Source: Gammaproteobacteria bacterium
Lineage (GTDB): Bacteria > Pseudomonadota > Gammaproteobacteria > UBA4575
DNA length: 64,000 nucleotides
Direction: 5' to 3'
Assembly: GCA_965222615.1 (NCBI GenBank)
Contig: CBDCUI010000009.1
Location: 800,001 to 864,000, forward strand
Below the pieces are notes generated by a model. That model was given only the letters and a program-made list of their open reading frames with translations. It made no database searches and was not told the origin of the DNA. Shown here piece after piece: positions 11,801-20,587 of the stretch (position 1 is the stretch's first letter; the number at the start of each line of letters is the position of its first letter). The translations under genes and the position numbers were made by a program.

Positions 11801-12429
11801 TGCCTGTTTATTAAAACTCGTTTCCAGCCTATTAGATAAGCATCTAATAACCAATATCGCTCAGAATGATTCACATAAGGAATAGTACGGGCAAAATTAT
11901 TACTCCATTTTAAATTTAGATAATTTTGTTCTACTACTTGTACTGTGGATTGTTGCTCATTAATTGCAACCACTACCGCCACATGGCCGGTGCCAAGATA
12001 TTCTCTACCGTAGATGAGCAAATCGCCTCTCTGTGGCTTAGCCTTAGCGCCATTCACGATGGAGTTAAATAGATGTGCTTCATCTGTGAGGGGATTGATG
12101 ACGTTTTCAAGATCCCAAATATCTGCAGCTATATCAACGTCCCCATAAACGACACCTAATTCTTGCAATAACCAACGCCTGGCATATTCCACACACTGCC
12201 ATTTAATACCGGTATAGATGCCTTTGTGGTGGTTAGGTTCGAATATCACACAATCTGAACTACAATTTGAATAGGCTGGAATACCCGCTGGTGATTTCCC
12301 AAGTTCTAATCCATACTGCGTTTCGCAGTCTATACTACACTGCTGAGGTATAGATTCGACATTCTCTGACAACACTATTTTACTAGGCAGTAGAAGTACT
12401 AATGAAAGATATAACTGCAGCAATTTCAT
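11797..12429 (-). CDS. Secreted CHAP-domain amidase (glutathionylspermidine amidase-like)
   Basis: YTGIKWQCVEYARRWL (catalytic Cys), GHVAVV (His), EQNY; signal-peptide-like N-terminus from ATG 12429. Confidence 0.85.
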   Translation of the reverse strand: MKLLQLYLSLVLLLPSKIVLSENVESIPQQCSIDCETQYGLELGKSPAGIPAYSNCSSDCVIFEPNHHKGIYTGIKWQCVEYARRWLLQELGVVYGDVDIAADIWDLENVINPLTDEAHLFNSIVNGAKAKPQRGDLLIYGREYLGTGHVAVVVAINEQQSTVQVVEQNYLNLKWSNNFARTIPYVNHSERYWLLDAYLIGWKRVLINRH

Positions 12430-12630
12430 TCTGTAAAATATGATTATTAGAGTTTCTATACTTGAATCGGACTGATTAGAATACAACCATTATCGTTTAT
12501 CAATATGCAATCTAGCCCGAAAAGTGCTAGACGTTTACAACTAAAAGTGTGCGATTGGGGGAAGAATTTAATGGAAATTCTGGTATAAAATTATTACTTT
12601 ACACATTGCTAAATATATTTAGGAGTACTT

Positions 12631-12831
12631 GTGGGCCTTAAAGTGAATTGTTCCGATCTAGCGGCTATATTTGGTGTTAGCCAAGCGAAAATTGATACCT
12701 GGACCGAACAAGGCTTGCCATATTCTGTTAAACCTAGAAGAGACTCCAAAAGTATAAACAGTTCTAAAGATTATATTTTTGATACAACTGAAGTTATCGA
12801 ATGGTGTATCAAAAATAAAATTTCACTTTAA
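12631..12831 (+). CDS. Small winged-HTH protein resembling the DNA-binding domain of lambda terminase small subunit gpNu1
   Basis: VNCSDLAAIFGVS...W...GLP...FDTTEVIEW parallels gpNu1 VNKKQLADIFGAS...W...GMP...YDSAAVIKW; AGGAG RBS before the GTG start. Confidence 0.72.
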   Translation: MGLKVNCSDLAAIFGVSQAKIDTWTEQGLPYSVKPRRDSKSINSSKDYIFDTTEVIEWCIKNKISL

Positions 12832-12849
12832 GACTATTCTCCAAGACAT

Positions 12850-12885
12850 AAAAAAAGCCCACGTTTTATAAAACGTGGGCTTTTT
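12850..12885. terminator. Bidirectional intrinsic terminator
   Basis: aaaaaagcccacgtttt-at-aaaacgtgggcttttt between convergent genes. Confidence 0.88.
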
Positions 12886-12900
12886 ATTTATATGCGCAGA

Positions 12901-13680
12901 CTAATTATGTACGCGCAATTCTACTCTTCTATTTTGAGCACGGCCTTCACTAGTACTGTTATCTGCAACTGGCTGTGATTCTCCATAACCTGAAGCTGAT
13001 AAACGCGAACTACTGACACCCTGAGAAACCAGATAGTCTCTTACCGCATTGGCACGGCGCTCTGACAATCCTTGGTTATAACCAGCATCACCGACACTAT
13101 CTGTATGACCTGCAATTTCTACTGCCACACCGGGGTTAGCATTCAATGTCTCAGCAGTAGCATTGAGTACCGCAATGGACTCGCTCTTCAGCTCAGCCGA
13201 ATCTGTAACGAAATAGATTCCACTAAGTGAAATAGCCTTGGCTTTAACCTCGCAACCTTGTGCATCGACCTTTGTGCCGCGTGGGGTTCCAGGACATGCA
13301 TCTTTACTGTCCACTACACCATCACCATCACTATCCAGTTCACAGCCATTACTGTCGACTTTCACGCCTGGTGGGGTCCCTGGGCATCGATCATTATTAT
13401 CAATGACGCCATCTCCATCTGAATCACTTGGTTCAGGTTCTGGCTCGGGTTCAGGCTCAGGCTCCTCAGCAGAGCTTGGGCAAATAATAAAACCTAATAT
13501 TCCACCAACTGCAGCACCGACTAGTGCGCCATCACCATCATCGGCAGCACCTCCAACTGCAGTTCCACCAACTGCACCTGCTGCCGCACAAGCCATACGG
13601 CTATCCCAAGCGCGAGTAGCACAACCAGATGCCAATAAGATCATAAGTACGATTAGGACTATCGTTTTCAAGTTATTCAT
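12901..13680 (-). CDS. OmpA-family lipoprotein with TSP3-type Ca-binding repeats
   Basis: Lipobox LASGC, glycine zipper, (EP)n linker, DSDGDGV..D.CPGTP repeats, OmpA C-domain (GHTDS...LSERRA...NRRVEL). Confidence 0.92.
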   Translation of the reverse strand: MNNLKTIVLIVLMILLASGCATRAWDSRMACAAAGAVGGTAVGGAADDGDGALVGAAVGGILGFIICPSSAEEPEPEPEPEPEPSDSDGDGVIDNNDRCPGTPPGVKVDSNGCELDSDGDGVVDSKDACPGTPRGTKVDAQGCEVKAKAISLSGIYFVTDSAELKSESIAVLNATAETLNANPGVAVEIAGHTDSVGDAGYNQGLSERRANAVRDYLVSQGVSSSRLSASGYGESQPVADNSTSEGRAQNRRVELRVHN

Positions 13681-13876
13681 AATTTTAGACTCGGTAGTTA
13701 TTAAAATTTAGTGACGTCATTGTGTTAGCCCACAACTTTGACGAAGTTAAAGTCAATTGTAAACATTACTATTTACTATTTGCAATATTTAACATCCTAT
13801 CATGATCTAGCTAAGTAGCGCAGTTGATAAAAATGAAAACTAAAAACTATTTTTGTAACCTTCGCCAGGTCATGTT

Positions 13877-13953
13877 TGGGGTGAGCGATGGGGATCGAAC
13901 CCACGACCACAGGAATCACAATCCTGCGCTCTACCAACTGAGCTACGCTCACC
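13877..13953 (-). tRNA. tRNA-His(GTG)
   Basis: Revcomp GGTGAGCGTAGCTCAGTTGG...CAGGATTGTGATTCCTG...CACCCCA. Confidence 0.96.
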
Positions 13954-14174
13954 ATAAGAACTTAAATATTAACGCATTTGCGTCAGACATGACCATGATA
14001 CTCATTAAAATTTTTACTTAATAACCGAATCAATCATGATCGCATTAGCCTTTTTAATGTTTTAATTTCAAAAGTCAACTAGTTATCAATTTGTAATGAT
14101 TAGCTTTATCAAAGAACTCATATGGGATGAATAGAATAGCTATTCGACAGCTTTATTTACTTGTACTCAGAGAT

Positions 14175-14218
14175 GAATCGCTACGCGATCATTTATTTGC
14201 GCATAGTACCCATGCGCA
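14175..14218. repeat. 44-nt two-hairpin tRNA-linked repeat, copy 1
   Basis: gaatcgctacgcgatcatttatttgcgcatagtacccatgcgca; homologous to 21543-21586 and 21792-21835. Confidence 0.75.
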
Positions 14219-14233
14219 TGTGTCACGCAAGTC

Positions 14234-14310
14234 TGGCGCGCCCGAGAGGACTCGAACCTCTAACCCTCGGCTTAGAAGGCCGATGCTCTATCCGGTTGAG
14301 CTACGGGCGC
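14234..14310 (-). tRNA. tRNA-Arg(TCT)
   Basis: Revcomp GCGCCCGTAGCTCAACCGGATAGAGCATCGGCCTTCTAAGCCGAG...GCGCGCCA. Confidence 0.96.
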
Positions 14311-14451
14311 AGTACAGGTTCTTGTTAGTGTAGCATTGGAATTTTCACCATGTGAATGGATGCTTCCACTTGAGATCAATGAGCTGTTAAACAAATGAGC
14401 TATTGCACAAGTAGTCTAGCGACTAGTTAGCAATGATTGCGAAATGACAAA

Positions 14452-14730
14452 TTAGATATCAGATTTATGATGACGCTCAATCCAAGCATGCTGGACTCGA
14501 ACCAACCCAGAAGAGCATAGATAAAAAATGTTTGCATTGATATGGGGAAGATGCCAAGTAAATGACTTATTGCGCAATACTTGTGGCTCTACTTCTCTCA
14601 AGTAATTAAGTACAAAACCGAGCAACACAACACAGGCTACCAGGGGTACTGCAATCACAGACAAAAGCAGCAACACGCTCAGCGTGATGAATTTCAAGAG
14701 ATTTATGAGAGCGTAGATAATCCAATGCAT
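14452..14730 (-). CDS. Hypothetical small membrane protein
   Basis: 92-aa ORF with a long hydrophobic N-terminal half; no recognisable motif. Confidence 0.45.
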   Translation of the reverse strand: MHWIIYALINLLKFITLSVLLLLSVIAVPLVACVVLLGFVLNYLREVEPQVLRNKSFTWHLPHINANIFYLCSSGLVRVQHAWIERHHKSDI

Positions 14731-14941
14731 ATTCGATATCTTCCCTGTTCTTATGGTTATTGTGACTAGATCTTTTAAAAAAAGTTTTGATGGGCTTCAA
14801 AAATCACCTGTCTAAGTCCATCATTTATAAGCAATTAGCTCACATTTTCACCGAGTTACAGCTTTATCCTTATAGAGGTTATTAATAAATTTAATCAGCC
14901 CAAATATTAGCTCAGCACTCAAAAATCTTCAATAAATATCT

Positions 14942-15802
14942 ATGTATTTTCCTTTAGTCATCAAGCTGTTAGCAAAATTACCCTTATCTGTATTACATGC
15001 CTTCAGCTGGATCGCTTACGTCCTACTTTTCCACATATTCGGCGTGCGCAAGCAACTTACTCTGCAAAACATAAGAAAATCACTTACTAATTATTCTGAA
15101 ACCGAACAACAGCAAATTGCCAAGAATCATTACAAAAGTATATGCATGGTATTTGCAGAAACGATTAAGTCATTTAGCTTAAACAAAGAGCAAATTAAAC
15201 AACGTGTAAAATTTATCAATTTAGAAATTTTAGAAAAATATTTAGCGAATAATCAATCAGCAATTGTTGTTACCGCACATCACTGCAATCCAGAATGGGC
15301 ATTACTAGCAATTGCTCAGCATGTAAATTTTCCTGTAGATATGATTTATCGAACTCAACGTGTCGCTTGGCTTGATAAACTATTTTATGAGCTCCGCACC
15401 AAATTCGGAATCACCCCATTACCAATGCAAACCTGTATTGCTGATTCAGTTAAGCGCTCAAAAATTACAAGAGTGATCACCTTGGCGGCAGATCAATCCC
15501 CTAAAGTAAATGATACTCCGTATTGGCATACATTTTTAAATCGCGATACAGCATTTCATACAGGAACAGAAAAAATTGCCAAAGCTTTTAAATATCCCCT
15601 TATATTTATGTCAATGAAAAGACAACGCAAAGGTTATTATGAAGCTACACTAAAGTTGTTAGCTGAACCGCCTTACACTTTAAAATCTAATGAGCTTATG
15701 CAAAAGTATATTACTGAATTAGAGGCATTAGTAACCGCGAGTCCTAAAGACTGGCTATGGGCATATCGCCGCTGGAAAATTGTCAAGCCGGTTTATGACT
15801 AG
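14942..15802 (+). CDS. Lysophospholipid acyltransferase family protein (LpxL/HtrB lipid A late acyltransferase-like), paralog 1
   Basis: HX4E motif AHHCNPEW, LAADQSP, C-terminal PKDWLWAYRRWK. Confidence 0.88.
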   Translation: MYFPLVIKLLAKLPLSVLHAFSWIAYVLLFHIFGVRKQLTLQNIRKSLTNYSETEQQQIAKNHYKSICMVFAETIKSFSLNKEQIKQRVKFINLEILEKYLANNQSAIVVTAHHCNPEWALLAIAQHVNFPVDMIYRTQRVAWLDKLFYELRTKFGITPLPMQTCIADSVKRSKITRVITLAADQSPKVNDTPYWHTFLNRDTAFHTGTEKIAKAFKYPLIFMSMKRQRKGYYEATLKLLAEPPYTLKSNELMQKYITELEALVTASPKDWLWAYRRWKIVKPVYD

Positions 15803-16512
15803 CTATCCTGATAAGAAAGTCTTTGCAAATATAAAAAGATTGCTGCAGAAATTCCCGAAGAACCAAATAACACACTCATAATTACAATTTGGTATTTCGC
15901 AGCTACTAAAGGCGAAACACCCGATAAGATTTGCCCAGTCATCATCCCTGGTAAAGCCACCAATCCAACTGCGAAAAATGTATTGATCGATGGAATCAAT
16001 GATGCCGTAAAAGCATTATTACGTGCATGTATATAATTATTTAAAACCGGACTATCTGCCTCAAAACGTTCTGCTGCCAAACTAACCGTATTCATTGCAT
16101 TAGAAAAAATCATACCTGCTAACGGAATTACGTATTGTGGTTCATACCAATAATCAATTCTAAGGACAGCAACAGTAGTCAGCATAAGTGTAGAGACTCC
16201 ACCTATGAATATGGCAAATAATGCCTCTAGAAATTTACGCAAAGAACGTTGCTTAAGTGGTCTCAGTGCAATCCAACTCGCTGCCAATAACATTATGGAT
16301 AATACAAACAACACAATACTCGAATTATTTAAAGAAAATATGGAAGTCAAAATATATCCAATAGCGATTAATTGAATTAACATGCGAACTGAAGCATAAA
16401 CCGCTGTTTTACTGTTCAACGACCAGACCGCCAAAATTACAACCACGACTACGATAGGAATCAATGCAACGGCTAAGTCAAATAACCCAATTTCATATAA
16501 ACTAATTTTCAT
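15799..16512 (-). CDS. UPF0014 / FetB(YbbM)-like ABC permease
   Basis: RMLIQLIAIGY, IPLAGMIFSNAM, GLVALPGMMTGQILSG.SPLVAAKYQI. Confidence 0.88.
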   Translation of the reverse strand: MKISLYEIGLFDLAVALIPIVVVVVILAVWSLNSKTAVYASVRMLIQLIAIGYILTSIFSLNNSSIVLFVLSIMLLAASWIALRPLKQRSLRKFLEALFAIFIGGVSTLMLTTVAVLRIDYWYEPQYVIPLAGMIFSNAMNTVSLAAERFEADSPVLNNYIHARNNAFTASLIPSINTFFAVGLVALPGMMTGQILSGVSPLVAAKYQIVIMSVLFGSSGISAAIFLYLQRLSYQDS

Positions 16513-16616
16513 ATATTTTCCTCAGTCTACTTCGAGCAGTATTTTTAAACATACCAGTGAATCCACTTTACTTTATTAAAACATATTAGTTTCTGAATCT
16601 ATTTACTGACTTAAGA

Positions 16617-17474
16617 ATGCTAAAACAAATAGTTAATCTTATTGCTGCGATGCCGATGTCAGTACTTTATGGCATTTCTAAACCGCTTTATTTTTTACTT
16701 TTTCATATTTTACGCTTGAAACGTGATATTGCAGAAAAAAATATAACTAACTCATTCCCAGATATGGATAAGAGCGAACAACAGCAGCTTCTTAAAAACC
16801 ATTACCGAAATTTATGCGATGTTATATTGGAGATAATTAAAAGCTTTAGAATGAAACCAGATCAGCTCAGTGATCATGTCAAATTCACCAATACAGATCT
16901 CATTGAACAAACACTAAAACAAGAAAAACCAATTTTATTAGCGGTTGCACATCACTGTAACCAAGAATGGGCCATGCTTGCAGCCAGCCAGCATTTTGAT
17001 ACTCCGATCGACGCGGTGTACAAACCACTACATGTAAAATGGCTTGATCAACTAGCCAATGAATCCCGCTCTCGTTTTAACATCACGTTAATTCCGGCGA
17101 AAACCTGTGTAACAGATTTAATTAAACGCGCTAATCTGACACGCATTATTGCAATTGCAGCAGATCAAGCACCGCGGCGCAGAGACGAAGCATATTGGAC
17201 TAAATTTATGCATCAAGATACGCCTTTCTACTTAGGACTTGAAAAGATTGCCTTATTATTTAAGTACCCAGTTTTTTTTATGGAGCTTGAGCGTCTTAGC
17301 CCAGGAAAATATCAAGCTAATTTCAAGCAAATCTCTAGTCCACCGTATGAGAAAGAGTCACATCTAATAACTGCACACTATGCAAGAGCCGTAGAAGAAC
17401 AAATATTACGTCGGCCAGAAGATTGGCTGTGGACTCATAAAAGATGGAAAAAGAAAAAGTCTTTATATGATTAA
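16617..17474 (+). CDS. Lysophospholipid acyltransferase family protein (LpxL/HtrB-like), paralog 2
   Basis: AHHCNQEW, IAADQAP, PEDWLWTHKRWK; clear paralog of 14942-15802. Confidence 0.88.
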   Translation: MLKQIVNLIAAMPMSVLYGISKPLYFLLFHILRLKRDIAEKNITNSFPDMDKSEQQQLLKNHYRNLCDVILEIIKSFRMKPDQLSDHVKFTNTDLIEQTLKQEKPILLAVAHHCNQEWAMLAASQHFDTPIDAVYKPLHVKWLDQLANESRSRFNITLIPAKTCVTDLIKRANLTRIIAIAADQAPRRRDEAYWTKFMHQDTPFYLGLEKIALLFKYPVFFMELERLSPGKYQANFKQISSPPYEKESHLITAHYARAVEEQILRRPEDWLWTHKRWKKKKSLYD

Positions 17475-19421
17475 TTCACTTTTTGCGCGCTCGCGTAAAA
17501 AATTTGCTAGATCATAAATACTTGGATGTTCGACTAGATCCGTTATTTCTACCTTCCCTGGATAGAGCTCATCTAATCCAGTATGTATTTCAACTAAGGC
17601 CAATGAGCTTGCCCCAATCTCTAACAGGCTATCATGAATACTAAAGGATTTATCAGGCAAGGCCTCTATACAAATTTGTCTAATTGAATTCAAAATTGCA
17701 TCACTTTGGTCTTCTGAATCATCTGCTTTATTTTTCTCTTCCAGATCGGTTAATTGCTCAATCACTTCATCATACAAACCAGCTTGATAATTATCTGCTA
17801 AAGCCGATCGCTGCACTTTGCCACTGGTTGTTTTCGGAACCTTCTTGATAGGGATGACTTGATGAACTTCTATGCCAAATTGCTCATTTACCAACGCCTT
17901 AACTTTTGCCGATAACGGTAAAAATTCTTCTGGTTTTCCCTTGTGCAATATAAACACAAGCACTTCTTCCAGATCAGTCCGTTTAGATGGCGCTCCCGCA
18001 ACCACAACCTTGCCCAACTCAATATCGGGAAGTCCTTGCAACATTTCTTCAATATCATAGGGATAATAATTCTGCCCATTTACAAAGAGTATTTCTTTAT
18101 AGCGACCTGTGATGAACAAACTTTTTTCACCTACAAAACCCAGATCACCCGTATCGACCCAACCACCTTCATAAAATATCCCACCCTCATCGCCAATAAT
18201 TTTTTCGGTTACGTTAGTTCCGCCAATATGGATGTGCCCTACGGTATTGCCAGCCAACTCATTACCATCGTGGTCACTAATTCTTACTTTGCAGTTTTTG
18301 ATAGGTGTACCCACCCCTACCAGTGCAACACTCGACTCAGAATCCTGATCGATTTCGATGGACCCTCCTATCGAAAGCGACGCACGCAACACCTTCGCGA
18401 CTTCTAAACCCGCACCAATTTCAGGAAAACTAACCGCTAAACTTGCCTCGGCCAAGCCATAAACCGGAAACATGCTATGTTCGGGCAATCCATACTTTTT
18501 CATTGCAGACATAAACTGCTCACAAAGATTTACCGAAATAGGCTCAGCGCCATTAAAAATCAAACGAACATGCGATAAATCAATATCACTTAAGCCTTTA
18601 CGTTTAAATGCATTTAAAAAATGTTTGTAGCCAAAATTTGGTGAACACAGCACAGTGGCTTTTTTTTCACTGGTGGCAGTCATCCAATACAAAGGCCGAC
18701 GCACGAACAATTCAGTGCGCATAATGTAATGACTATAATTACAAACAATTGGATTTAGATGAAAACCAATTAAGCCCATATCATGAGTTAACGGCATCCA
18801 GCTCAAACTAATATCATGCGTAGAGAAGGCAGCATCTTGTTGAATACCTTCTATATTAGCGATTAAATTTCGATGTTTTAAAACAACGCCTTTTGGACTA
18901 CCTGTAGAACCAGAGGAAAACTGAATAAAAGAGACATCTTGTGGATCAACCTTTTCAATTTCACCTGGCGAAGAAATATCTACAATCTCATCTGTAAGAA
19001 CAGTGTTTTTTTCCAACTGTGTATAGATTGAAGTTAGATCAGATTCTTGTGCACTTGCGGATAATTTAAATAAATTTTTACGATTGGTATATAGATATGG
19101 GTTACCAAGTTTTTGTGCAACATTAAATACTTTTTGACGATGTTGATCACTGATTCCTACTGCTAGTGGCACCGGGATTATTCCGCCAAATTGACATGCC
19201 CAAAAGACATCGATCATTTGTTCATTATTATTCAAGAATAAAATTAGGTAATCGCCTTTACCTATGTTTCTTTGCTGAAGGACTTTGAGCAACCCCAAAG
19301 AACGTTGATATAAAGACTCAAACGTGATTTGTTTTTCTTCATCTTGTCCCTCGATAAAGCCAACAAATCGTTGTTCACCACGATTTTGCTCTAAGGCATC
19401 GGTTAAGGTTTGAAACTGCAT
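17463..19421 (-). CDS. Fatty acyl-AMP ligase (FAAL)-like adenylation domain fused to a C-terminal carrier protein domain
   Basis: FIQFSSGSTGSPKG, SWMPLTHDMGLIG, YGLAEASL followed by a FAAL-type insertion, DTGDLGF, PKTTSGKVQR; C-terminal SLLEIGASSLAL...HPSI carrier motif. Confidence 0.88.
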   Translation of the reverse strand: MQFQTLTDALEQNRGEQRFVGFIEGQDEEKQITFESLYQRSLGLLKVLQQRNIGKGDYLILFLNNNEQMIDVFWACQFGGIIPVPLAVGISDQHRQKVFNVAQKLGNPYLYTNRKNLFKLSASAQESDLTSIYTQLEKNTVLTDEIVDISSPGEIEKVDPQDVSFIQFSSGSTGSPKGVVLKHRNLIANIEGIQQDAAFSTHDISLSWMPLTHDMGLIGFHLNPIVCNYSHYIMRTELFVRRPLYWMTATSEKKATVLCSPNFGYKHFLNAFKRKGLSDIDLSHVRLIFNGAEPISVNLCEQFMSAMKKYGLPEHSMFPVYGLAEASLAVSFPEIGAGLEVAKVLRASLSIGGSIEIDQDSESSVALVGVGTPIKNCKVRISDHDGNELAGNTVGHIHIGGTNVTEKIIGDEGGIFYEGGWVDTGDLGFVGEKSLFITGRYKEILFVNGQNYYPYDIEEMLQGLPDIELGKVVVAGAPSKRTDLEEVLVFILHKGKPEEFLPLSAKVKALVNEQFGIEVHQVIPIKKVPKTTSGKVQRSALADNYQAGLYDEVIEQLTDLEEKNKADDSEDQSDAILNSIRQICIEALPDKSFSIHDSLLEIGASSLALVEIHTGLDELYPGKVEITDLVEHPSIYDLANFLRERAKSELII

Positions 19422-19526
19422 GTAGTATTGAATTTTTTATTAACTGGTTCAGGTAGTTAGAATATAACAGGCGAGTTTTATCCTTAATTGAATAATGAAA
19501 ATTTATGATTATAATTTAGTAGGATT

Positions 19527-19565
19527 AATGCTAAGAATACGTCCTTAGGACGTATTCTTAGCATT
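19527..19565. promoter_or_regulatory. Perfect 39-bp palindrome, putative AbiEi operator 1
   Basis: aatgctaagaatacgtcct-t-aggacgtattcttagcatt (19-bp arms). Confidence 0.75.
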
Positions 19566-19628
19566 TAATTAACCAATTGTCAACACCCTTTTAGCCTTAT
19601 AATCAGGCACTACATAGACTCTAAATAT

Positions 19629-19674
19629 TTGACATTCGTCGTAATATAGGGTATACGTCCTAAGGACGTATACC
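19629..19674 (+). promoter_or_regulatory. Sigma70-type promoter of abiEi with an overlapping 25-bp palindromic operator 2
   Basis: TTGACA at 19629-19634; palindrome ggtatacgtcct-a-aggacgtatacc (19650-19674) covers the expected -10 position, 12 bp before the ATG. Confidence 0.72.
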
Positions 19675-19686
19675 TCTTTATGCTAT

Positions 19687-20583
19687 ATGAAGCTCACTAA
19701 AGCAGTATCCCTTAGTTTAGGCGATCTAGACCAGCCGGTAGTCACCTCATACCAGCTTGGATTAATCATATACAACTTGTATTTCTCAAAAAGTTATAAG
19801 AATGAACAAATTAAGCAAATAAAAAAACAAGCTGCAGACTACCAAGATTTCACAAGAATTGTCAGAAACCTCTATGAAGAAGGAATTTTATCCCGTTGCA
19901 AGGGATTACCTATAAAAGCTGCGTACAGTGTACTAGGTAGAAAACCCAACTCACCAGATGAAGTTGTTTGTTTAGTAGATCCTTTCTGTTATTTATCACA
20001 TTTAAGTGCCTTAAGTTACCATGGTATGACAAACAGAATTCCCGCTAAAGTATTTATCTCAACACCAACAAATGATCAGTGGAAAATATTCGCATTTGAA
20101 AAAATGAGTAAAGATCTAAAAAAACACTTACATAAATACATTAATAGTGGCTTTCCTAAATTGACAAAAATTAAAATCTCTAAGATTAATAAAAAAGATA
20201 TACATATTATGAACAGCTCACATTTAGGTGCGTACCGAAATGTTAAAGATAGAGCTTTGCGCGTTTCTACAATTGGAAGAACTTTTTTAGATATGTTACG
20301 TAATCCAGAGTTATGTGGTGGTATAAACCATGTTCTTGAAATTTTTGAAAATCATGCTGCCGATTACCTAGATTTGATTATTGATGAAATAGACCAACAT
20401 GGTCGGCCAATTGACAAGGTTAGAGCAGGGTACATAATTGATGAAGTTTTAAACTTATCCAGTGATCGTATAGACAAATGGCTTTCTTTTGTTCAAAGAG
20501 GTGGTTCAAGAAAACTAGATTCGACTCAAGAATATATGCCTGAGCATTCTGCCAAATGGTGCATTTCCATAAATACATATTAA
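19687..20583 (+). CDS. abiEi: Type IV toxin-antitoxin antitoxin, AbiEi family (transcriptional regulator)
   Basis: YLSHLSALSYHGMT and RVSTIGRTFLDMLRNPELCGG motifs; directly upstream of an AbiEii toxin. Confidence 0.82.
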   Translation: MKLTKAVSLSLGDLDQPVVTSYQLGLIIYNLYFSKSYKNEQIKQIKKQAADYQDFTRIVRNLYEEGILSRCKGLPIKAAYSVLGRKPNSPDEVVCLVDPFCYLSHLSALSYHGMTNRIPAKVFISTPTNDQWKIFAFEKMSKDLKKHLHKYINSGFPKLTKIKISKINKKDIHIMNSSHLGAYRNVKDRALRVSTIGRTFLDMLRNPELCGGINHVLEIFENHAADYLDLIIDEIDQHGRPIDKVRAGYIIDEVLNLSSDRIDKWLSFVQRGGSRKLDSTQEYMPEHSAKWCISINTY

Positions 20584-20587
20584 AATT

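Noticed and set aside
13430-13467. 6-bp-period tandem repeat
   Set aside because: Encodes the (EP)n linker of the OmpA protein; synonymous variation, ordinary.
12631-13680. Prophage around the Nu1-like gene
   Set aside because: No large terminase, portal, capsid or integrase; neighbours are cell-envelope genes.
17463-19421. NRPS/PKS biosynthetic gene cluster
   Set aside because: Only an adenylation plus carrier didomain; no KS, C or TE domains in the window.
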